A stretch of DNA of 63,570 nt, filler included. It is 10 parts of 10 records of this genome, joined end to end, with 100 filler letters (N's around TTAATTAATTAA, not from the genome) between each part and the next. Parts side by side here need not be neighbours in the genome. Positions count along the whole stretch, not along the records: positions 54,366 to 60,404 come from SRR7504441_9330; positions 60,505 to 63,570 come from SRR7504441_9357; 8 more parts are not named here. One strand, given 5' to 3'. Shown here one piece after another: positions 55,885 to 63,570 of this stretch (positions are counted from its first letter, which is position 1; every line of letters starts with the position of its first letter). The position numbers and the translations under genes are program-made. Below the pieces are notes generated by a model. That model made no database searches and had not been told where the DNA came from. It worked only from the letters and a program-made list of their open reading frames with translations.

Positions 55885-58719
55885 ATGGATGAACAGCAGC
55901 CTGCCGAGCCGGCGGCCCAGGAGCCGGCAGTCGAGGCGTCCGCGGCAGAGGAGCCGGCGGCAGAGGATCCGGCGGCAGAGGAGCCGGCCGCTGAGCCAGC
56001 CACTGAGCCGGCCGAGCCGTCAGCCGAGCCGGCGGGGCAGCCGGCCGGGCGCACGCTGGCCGTGGTGGAGCAGGAGCTAGCGGCGCTGGAGGCCCAGATG
56101 GCGGCGGACGAGGGCAAGCCCGGGGCAGACGAGTGGCAGGCCAAGCGGTCGGAGCTCGAGGCCGAACGGACTGAGCTTGCGGCGGCCGAGGCTGCGGCGC
56201 TCCAGAGCAAGCTGGCAGCGGCCAGGGCAGCAATGGAGGAGATGCCCGAGGGGGAGGCCAAGCAGCAGCAGCAGCAGCAACTCCAAGCGCTAGAGACCCA
56301 ACTGACCGCTCTCCAGTCAGCGGCGGAGCCCAGTGTCCCCTGTGTCCCTGCGGCGCTCGGAGCATCCGACGAGCCGGCAGTCCGGTCGCTCTGGTGGCTG
56401 TGCGAGAACGAATTGCTAACGGACGTGACCGTGATGGCCGGTGGAACCGGCGTCAAGGCGCACAGGATGATGCTCGCGGCCAAATCCAACCATTTTTACA
56501 GAATCCTGGCCGAGAACCCGGATCAGCCAATCCAGGCAGCACTCAACCGGGCAGCCAGGCCGTCCCGCAGCGATCCGCACTACGTGGGCGCCGAGCCGGA
56601 GCCGGAGCCGGAGCCGGAGCAGTTCCCAGTGGAGCAGGAGCCGGGAACGCTGCAGTGCGCCGACCCTTCCGGGGTGTTCCGTACAGCGCTCAAATGTATG
56701 TACGGAGAGCCAATCGACGTGGACGAATCGAGTGGGCCAGCCCTGCTCGAGATAGCACTCGAGCTGGACGCGCCGGAGCTGCGGGAGGTGGTGCTCAGCT
56801 ATTTTGAGGAGAGCATGCTGGCCGAGAATGCCGGGTCGCGGCTGCGTGAGGCGGAGCGGCTAGGCGATGGCAAGCTAGCAGAGATGGCACTCGAGGCACT
56901 TTGTAGCGACCTGGAGAGCATACCCGTCGAGGGGTGGCTAGCGCTGTCGCCTGGGATGGTGGCGCAGGTGATCTCTGATTATAGCCCGTGGGGCAAGACA
57001 GGGGGTAGGTGGCTGGCATGCCCGAGATAGGTGTTGCATCAGAGTACACGCTGCTGCTGGCTGCCTGCTTGTACGTTGAAGTGGCTCAGCAGGAGTTTAC
57101 GAGCCCAGGTCGGCTCGGCTCGCTGTCCTAGCTGACTGGCGGGCAGGCGGGATGGCGCGTGCAATGGCGGCAGTACGTGAGCGGATGGGTGGCGCGGAGT
57201 CTGAACAGGAGCAATACAAGCTGCGACACCTGACAGTACTGGACGCTGTGATCGGCACTGCAGCCAGCACCGGCTTCTTCTTCGAGTCGGGTGAGCCCCT
57301 GTGCCCCCTCAGTGCCGAGCCCTGTCACAGCTGGCCAAGCCGGAAAGCCTGATGCTGCGGCGGAGGCGCCAGCTGCGGAGGCAGCAGCTGCGGAGGCGGA
57401 GGCGGAGGCAGCAGCTGCTGAGCCTGAGGCGGAGGCGGAGGCGGAGCCCGAGGCTGAAGCTGAGGCGGAGGCTGAGGCTGAAGCTGACGCGGAGGCTGGA
57501 GCTGAGGCTGGAGCTGAGGATGCCGCTCAGCCGACGGCCGCAGCGCAAGCAGCAGAGATGCCACTCGGGGCATTAACAGCGCTGACTGAAAGTTTCCTCG
57601 AGGAACTATTCTCACAGGCGCTGGGCCGATTAGTCGAGCGGGCTAACGGATTGGTTTACAGATCCGGTTTCGCTTGCTCACACACGAGCAGCTGCTGCAG
57701 GTTTGCCGGCTGACTCCAGCTGAATCCTGACGGGTGCTGTAGGTATCCAGGTGCTGGTACGTTCCCAAGCAGCTAGTGGTGGACGCGATCTCCTCCAGGC
57801 TCAACCCTTACGAAGGTACACCCCCCAGCTGTGTCAAACTCAGCTAGGGCAGGCGCCCAATCATTCGAGGACTCGCTGCTGCAGGAGAGGCAGCCGCCCT
57901 CACCCACCGCGACCAATCACCCACCCAACTCTCCGGAGCCCGAGCCGTCACTGGGCGAGCCCGAGCGCACCAAGCCCGAGGCCCGATTCGTGGCTACAAA
58001 CTCGTCCAAAGCGCGCGAATTCGGGTCGCCGGAGCCGACGCTTGAGGGGAAGGACGTGCACATGTGTAGCTGGGTTTCGGACATGGACCGGAACGGGATG
58101 CTGCACTACATTGGGACCAACCACGCCCGGGCGCTCTGGGCCAATCCGAGCACCAAAGCCAGGGTGAATGTGCTCGTGTCCTCCTGTGCGCACGGCGAGA
58201 CACACGACCTTGTGAGAAGGGGCAGCCTAGCGGTGCTGATAGGGGGTGCAGGTGGGAAGGACGGTGGCCAACTTCAGAACGCGAGACGAGGCCGGCTCGT
58301 GGATGTGTGTGGATCTCGGGGAGAACCGGAGGGCGCGGTTGACTCACTATACGATCATGTCACGCCAGTTCAAGTCACACTATATGAAACACTGGGTGCT
58401 GGAGGGCTCTACGGCGGGGGCCACGTGGCATACGCTGGCTAGCCACTCGGATGATGATAGCCTGGCCGGCGGACTGGGCAAGACCCACACCTGGGAGATT
58501 AACCACGGGGCCGCTGACCAAGCCGACCTGACAAGTGCGGCGGATGCCAGCTCGGTGCGGCCCGGGAGCGGGCAGGGGGCGAAGCTGGGGCAGGTTGGCC
58601 AGCTGCCGAGCGAATTTGTGCGGTTTGTGCGGCTGAGGCAACTCGGGCCCAACTCTTCGGGCTCGCAGAACCTAATGCTCTCGTGTATCGAGCTGTACGG
58701 GTTGCTCTGCACGTTCTGA
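55885..58719 (+). CDS. BTB/POZ-BACK protein with C-terminal galactose-binding-like (F5/8C / SUN-like) domain
   Basis: TDVTV.....KAHRMMLAAKS.HF (BTB); VASE..LL and IRFRLL (BACK); DRNGMLHYIGT...WANP, WMCVDLG, WVLEGS, GPNSSG...IELYG. At least seven short introns, two GC-AG. Confidence 0.85.
57350..57530 (+). repeat. Coding (Glu-Ala)n low-complexity repeat
   Basis: GAGGCG/GAGGCT hexamer array. Confidence 0.85.
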
Positions 58720-59062
58720 GTGTGTATACTCGTAGGAACCGCATGCATGCGTACCCTAGACTGCACCCTTGTTCACCTTGAGGAACATAATAAAGTGGAG
58801 GCCTGGGTAAATTCGAATATAATAAAGTACTAATACGACGGATCCATATGTGTAGGTAAAACAAGTAACAGGGCCCTAGGTACTTCGTACTACAGCTAGT
58901 ATTGACTTACGGAATCATCAGTACTGAGCCGGACGGACCGGCTCAGTGCCGGACTCAGTAGACTACTGACCAAGGGCCGAAAACCTCTTCGACACTTGCG
59001 CGGGGCAAAAATGACGTGCCGGGTCAGATAGCCCCGGACTGAGGGCCCGTGCGGTGGCTCGA

Positions 59063-60304
59063 ATGACGAACGATGGGCGACGATCGGTGCTGGCACTGCT
59101 GGCACTCGGTTACGGGGCCTCGATGATGGCCTTCCGGCCGACGGTGATGCTCACGCTGCCGAGCCAGATGGCCGAGCTTGGGCAGCCGGTGCAGGCCGGC
59201 GGGGCGGTCGTCTCCTGGTGCCAGCTGAGCTACATGCTGGCCAAGCCGCTGCTGCTCGTCGTCTCGGACTGGTGCGACCCGAGGCGACTGCTGCTCTGCT
59301 CGCTGTGGCTCACCACTGGCTGCGTGGCCGCACTGCCTGTCGCCCGGGCACCCTGGCAATTGGCCGGGCTTTACGTGTTGCTGATGGTCGCCCAGGCCCC
59401 ACACGGGCCGGCGGTAAGCCGGCTACTTGTATACTGGTACAAGCCAGCCGAGCGCGGGCTGGCACTATCAATAGTGAATGCCACAGTCAATGTTGCCTCT
59501 TGCGGGATCCCTGTAGTGATCAGCTGGGCGCTGGCACTGGGCTCCTGGCGCTGGCTCTACGGGGCCATCGCGGCACTGATGCTGGGCACCACGGTTGTGA
59601 TCAGCGCTGGGCTGCCAGGCACACCCGGTCTGAGCCATCCCAGCCAACCCTTCTCGGCGAGCTCTCTAGTGCAGACCCTAGCCAGCCGGGCGCTGTGGCT
59701 GGTAGCGGTAGCGATGGCACTGCTGTACGCGGTCCGGTTGGGCTTTGAGGCCTGGGTGCAGCAGCTGATTGCCGCCCGGACAGTGGGTGGATTGGCTGCC
59801 GATCCTGCGACAGTCGCCACTGTGCTTGTACTTTGGAACGCAGGTGGACTGGTAGGTACTGTGTTGGCTGGCAGCCTCTCCGACTGGTCGGACGGTCGGG
59901 TGGCGGAAGTGGGGCTGCTGTACGCCCTGGGGCTGTGTGCGGGCACAGGAGCACTCCACTGCAGCAGCGGGCTGGAGGCAGTCGCCGGGGTTGCCGGGCT
60001 GATTGGAGCCTGTATATATGGGCTTCGTACGCTGCTCACGCTGCAAGCGCGCGGGGCAGTGCCAGCAGAGGCCGGCGGAGTAGGCGAGGCGCTGGTGAGC
60101 TGCTTTGGGGAGCTGGGCGGTGCGGCGGGAGGGTTGCCATTGGTCATGCTTGTAGACTGGGCCGGCTCTTGGCGAGTGTATACCATGGCGTTAGCTGGCC
60201 TGGCGAGCCTGATGCTCTGCTGCTTGACGGTGTGCGCAATAGTCACTCGGACCGCGAGGGCTAATGCTGACCACATCAAGGCAAAGGGCGATAAGAGCGA
60301 CTGA
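59063..60304 (+). CDS. MFS transporter, organophosphate:Pi antiporter (GlpT/SLC37)-like
   Basis: About 12 hydrophobic segments; WY...ERG motif; G.LSD motif A in both halves; intronless. Confidence 0.8.
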   Translation: MTNDGRRSVLALLALGYGASMMAFRPTVMLTLPSQMAELGQPVQAGGAVVSWCQLSYMLAKPLLLVVSDWCDPRRLLLCSLWLTTGCVAALPVARAPWQLAGLYVLLMVAQAPHGPAVSRLLVYWYKPAERGLALSIVNATVNVASCGIPVVISWALALGSWRWLYGAIAALMLGTTVVISAGLPGTPGLSHPSQPFSASSLVQTLASRALWLVAVAMALLYAVRLGFEAWVQQLIAARTVGGLAADPATVATVLVLWNAGGLVGTVLAGSLSDWSDGRVAEVGLLYALGLCAGTGALHCSSGLEAVAGVAGLIGACIYGLRTLLTLQARGAVPAEAGGVGEALVSCFGELGGAAGGLPLVMLVDWAGSWRVYTMALAGLASLMLCCLTVCAIVTRTARANADHIKAKGDKSD

Positions 60305-60404
60305 TCATGACTCACATCGTCGTTCATCATTAATCAATTAATTAAACAAAGAATAAATGATTGATATGAGTTAACGTAACGTGAAAAATAAAGCATTGCT
60401 AAAT

Positions 60405-60504
60405 NNNNNNNNNNNNNNNNNNNNNNNNNNNNNNNNNNNNNNNNNNNNTTAATTAATTAANNNNNNNNNNNNNNNNNNNNNNNNNNNNNNNNNNNNNNNN
60501 NNNN
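60405..60504. other. Artificial contig spacer
   Basis: 44N + TTAATTAATTAA + 44N. Confidence 0.98.
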
Positions 60505-60730
60505 GGCACTAGCCGTAGTTCCAGTTGATTTATTGCCGGCTGCGTGGGCTCGCCCTGGCGGGCTGCGCGGCTGCGGTGAGGGCGACCAGGGGCGTGGACC
60601 AGCCCAGCCGGTTGGGAGGCTGGCAGTCTGGCACCGGAGCAGTCATGCAATCGTGAGTAATTTATAACGGCAGCGGTCCTAGCCACAAAACAAACTGCAG
60701 TCGCACGCGGCGTGCTAGCTACTCGCCATC

Positions 60731-62401
60731 ATGTCCCAGCCCCGCGGCTCATTTAACTCGGAGGCCAAGTCGAGCGCCTCGTCCCGGTCGATCATCGACC
60801 GCGAGACCCCGACCGGCGCCTTCGCGGGGGTGAGCGATCGGCTGAGCAAGCAGCAGCAGCGCGAGCTGATCGAGAAGGAAGTCGGCCCGGACAGGACCCC
60901 GGAGGAGGCCGAGGCACCGGTGACCGGCGACCTGATCGCGGCCGCGTGCACCGCACTGCTGGCCGTGTTCGTGTTCGGGTGGAACAACGGCAACGTCAAC
61001 TCGCCTTCGGCCAACATCCAGGCGGACATCGGGCTCAGCCTGGACAAGGACAACGTGTGGGATCCGGACACCTGGATCTGGTCGGTGATCGTATGCCTCT
61101 TCTCTGTCGGGGCGCTGCCGGGCGCGCTGATCGTCAACGAGTTCTCCAAGGACTCGGGCCGGAAGCGGGCCATCATACTCACCTCCTGGGTGTCGATCGT
61201 CGGCGGGCTGGTCGAGGCCTCCTGCAAGTGGGTGGCCAAGTCCAGCGGCCCGGCCGCGATCGGGGTGCTCATGACCGGCCGGTTCATCTCTGGGTTCGCC
61301 TCGGGCGGCATCACCGCGGTGGTGCCGGTCTACCTAGGTGAGGTGGCGCCCGTCCACCTGCGAGGCGCCTTCGGGACGGCATTCCAGCTGGTGTGCGTGG
61401 CCTCGATGACGATCGTGCAGATTGTGGGGCTGCCCGGGGTGTTCGGCTCGTCCGAGGGCTGGCCCTGGCTGTTCGCGTTCGTGGCCGCCCCTTCCGTGCT
61501 CCAGATCTTATTGGGTAAACTAATGCTCGAGAGCCCACGCTGGCTGGTCCGGCAGGGACGCAAGGAGGAGGCCGCGGCCAACCTGGGCAAGCTGCGCGGG
61601 GCGGCGCTGCTGGGGACCAGCTCAGTGGCGGCCATGCTCGATGCAGGTATCGACGCGCCTCGCTCACACGTGGATGCCGAGCTTGCCGAAATTGAACAAG
61701 ATATCTCCCTCGAGAAGAAGCCTCTCTCGCTAAAAGAGGTCTTCACCGATAAGAAGACGCGGTTCCCGCTGACCCTGGCGCTGGTGACGATGGCTGGCCA
61801 GCAGTTTAGCGGGATCAACAATGCGTTCAACTACTCGACCACCTTTCTGAGCAACAATGGGCTCACCACAGGTACGTGCAACATTGTCATGATCGTCATG
61901 AACGTCATGAATCTACTGGCCACTGTGCTCGCAACCTTCCTCATGGACAAAGCCGGCCGGCGCACGCTACTGCTCTCCTCTGCGGCCGGCATGATTGTGT
62001 TCACTGTGTCGCTTACAGTGGCTCTCAAGGCCTCGATCACTGCCCTGTGCATTGTTTCGGTTGTGAGCTTTGTCGGCATCTTCGGGATTGGGATGGGGCC
62101 GATTCCATGGCTGGTCACTGCCGAGATTCTGCCGCAGGAGGCTCTCTCCAAGGGCGGATCAGTGGCCACAATGGTCAACTGGGGATCGAATTGCTTTGTG
62201 GCGCTGACGTTTGGTCCGCTCTCGAATGCGCTGTCCTCCTTCTCTTTTGTGCCGAACGCCGTGATCTTAGTGATGTTCTGTGCGTACCTCGGTTACAACA
62301 TGCCGGAGACCAAGGGTAAAACTCTGGATCAAATCCAACAAGAATTGGCCCGCAAGACAGGTGGCGGTTCAGAGGCCGAGCAAGGGTTGGTTAGCCCATA
62401 A
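60731..62401 (+). CDS. Sugar porter (GLUT/SLC2A-like)
   Basis: GRK, GRFISG, YLGEVAP..LRG, ESPRWL, QQFSGIN, GRR.LL, GMGPIPW, PETKG; intronless. Confidence 0.95.
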   Translation: MSQPRGSFNSEAKSSASSRSIIDRETPTGAFAGVSDRLSKQQQRELIEKEVGPDRTPEEAEAPVTGDLIAAACTALLAVFVFGWNNGNVNSPSANIQADIGLSLDKDNVWDPDTWIWSVIVCLFSVGALPGALIVNEFSKDSGRKRAIILTSWVSIVGGLVEASCKWVAKSSGPAAIGVLMTGRFISGFASGGITAVVPVYLGEVAPVHLRGAFGTAFQLVCVASMTIVQIVGLPGVFGSSEGWPWLFAFVAAPSVLQILLGKLMLESPRWLVRQGRKEEAAANLGKLRGAALLGTSSVAAMLDAGIDAPRSHVDAELAEIEQDISLEKKPLSLKEVFTDKKTRFPLTLALVTMAGQQFSGINNAFNYSTTFLSNNGLTTGTCNIVMIVMNVMNLLATVLATFLMDKAGRRTLLLSSAAGMIVFTVSLTVALKASITALCIVSVVSFVGIFGIGMGPIPWLVTAEILPQEALSKGGSVATMVNWGSNCFVALTFGPLSNALSSFSFVPNAVILVMFCAYLGYNMPETKGKTLDQIQQELARKTGGGSEAEQGLVSP

Positions 62402-62720
62402 TGATCAGCACTAGTTAGTACTCCGTATTGTTTGAAGTGCATTCGTTTTCAAAACAGTAAATTCTGCATGATTTCAATGGACATGCATGCGTAACTTGAA
62501 ACACATGCACGACTTTAATTTATAATTTTCTATTAATTTTTGACCCATCCTGGATCTAATATGGATCGTGGTACAGGTAGTAACTTAGTCTCTTAATCTA
62601 TATAACTCTGGGAATAAAGGTTACATCATCATCATCAATTTTCGACCCAAATGTCAAAACTTTGCAATTGAGGATGTTATGCTAATATCTAATTAGCAGC
62701 TTGTGACGATCTGGATGACA

Positions 62721-63293
62721 TTAATGGGTCCGGTTATATCCGAATCCATGGTTGAATTGTCCAGTGACGTGATTGCACCCAGCCGTTGGCATACACAACC
62801 AGCTTATGATGGGTCCGGCCACATCCTCGCCAAGCGCTGATTCTGGATCGTCTTCTTTAGAGTCAAGGATGGCAGAGAAGAGAACGTCTCTTACCGACAC
62901 TTCTTTCCCTTCGGCATCCAACACAAACCCATCAATCTCGCTCGTCTGCAGACCGATTACATTACAGCCAGCTATGACAAACTGGAAGATGTCGATGCGA
63001 TCGCTATCGTCGCCGCAGGCAATCGCCTGACTAAGCTCATCCCATAACTCTGTACAGCCCAACTGAAGTGCTTTCACGACGACCGAATACCAGTGCCGTG
63101 AGCGGAGTAGGTGCACAATTCCGTTGTGCTGGCCGGCTGCTACTAGCAGCTTGCCCAACTCGGATGGAGCCATCTCTGCATGCTCTTGCAACATGTCTTG
63201 GATGATATAGGATGAGCCAGGCAACTCGATCAGTTGCTGGGCAAGCTCCGGAGAACCAATGACAGCCCGAACCAGCGCCGGTGACTTCTCCAT
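62721..63293 (-). CDS. Hypothetical alpha-helical protein with degenerate Pumilio-like repeats (possibly a fragment)
   Basis: LIELPGSSYIIQDMLQ and LLRSRHWYSVVVKALQ resemble PUF repeats; the frame is closed by a stop shortly upstream. Confidence 0.35.
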   Translation of the reverse strand: MEKSPALVRAVIGSPELAQQLIELPGSSYIIQDMLQEHAEMAPSELGKLLVAAGQHNGIVHLLRSRHWYSVVVKALQLGCTELWDELSQAIACGDDSDRIDIFQFVIAGCNVIGLQTSEIDGFVLDAEGKEVSVRDVLFSAILDSKEDDPESALGEDVAGPIISWLCMPTAGCNHVTGQFNHGFGYNRTH

Positions 63294-63396
63294 CGAGCAT
63301 GCGACTGCGACGCGTGCATCCGCACCCGTCCATCGACTCTGTCAGGGGTCCCTCAAGCCATAACGGAGAGCTAACGGACATCACGTCAAATGTACA

Positions 63397-63443
63397 GTAC
63401 AAGTCCAAAGGTACTTTAATTTGTACAAGTCCAAAGGTACTTT
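63397..63443. repeat. 21-nt perfect direct repeat
   Basis: GTACAAGTCCAAAGGTACTTT at 63397-63417 and 63423-63443. Confidence 0.9.
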
Positions 63444-63570
63444 CGTAGTACCGGGCTGCCATCGCGAAGCCAAGCCTGTCCCAGCCAAACCTGCTGTGAC
63501 CAGGAAGCCTCAACTGAAGCCAGTGCATGTACTCTATCTAGCCCGGGCTGCCTGTCCGCCCGTCGCTAAA

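Noticed and set aside
12186-58719. Apparent frameshifts and in-frame stops suggesting pseudogenes, stop-codon reassignment, selenocysteine or programmed frameshifting
   Set aside because: In the conserved genes I traced, each case is resolved by a short GT/GC-AG intron, and TAA, TAG and TGA all terminate genes normally.
6995-60504. Nine regularly structured TTAATTAATTAA elements flanked by N runs, and any gene neighbourhood that spans them
   Set aside because: Artificial six-frame-stop linkers used to concatenate contigs. Adjacency across them is not biological.
1-63570. tRNA, rRNA or snRNA genes; specific taxonomic assignment
   Set aside because: No convincing structural RNA motif was seen by eye, and lineage cannot be established without phylogenetic analysis.

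Overview
This is not prokaryotic DNA and not one contiguous locus. It consists of ten short contigs of a gene-dense, GC-rich eukaryote, joined by nine artificial 100-nt spacers (44N-TTAATTAATTAA-44N). The organism is probably a flagellated heterotrophic protist (FOP/CEP43 and an ODA-docking-complex-like gene), but its lineage cannot be assigned from this window. About 40 genes can be reconstructed once spliceosomal introns are accounted for; the ORF track fragments most of them. The splicing system is the most unusual feature. Nearly all introns I could delimit by hand (roughly 110) are 35-56 nt, G-rich, lack a polypyrimidine tract and have almost no donor consensus beyond GT/GC. About a dozen use GC donors, nearly always after an exonic AG. 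Three outliers (81-84 nt, about twice the normal size) each parse as one normal-sized intron nested after nucleotide 4 of another, i.e. candidate stwintrons. Two introns in one gene are sequence-related. Unusual protein architectures: an ER-targeted p23/CS-PDI-crystallin-FN3 protein; a PHD-HMG-DOT1 protein with a second PHD inside the catalytic domain; a WDFY2-like propeller fused to VPS9 with an LF-acidic tail; a secreted tandem-cupin/NHLRC3-like/VOC-like protein; an intron-bearing HAB-mutase/styrene-oxide-isomerase-like gene; and a putatively acylated pepsin-family protease. Many genes sit head-to-head with only about 55-110 nt between start codons. All calls come from manual reading and recalled family motifs, with no database searches.
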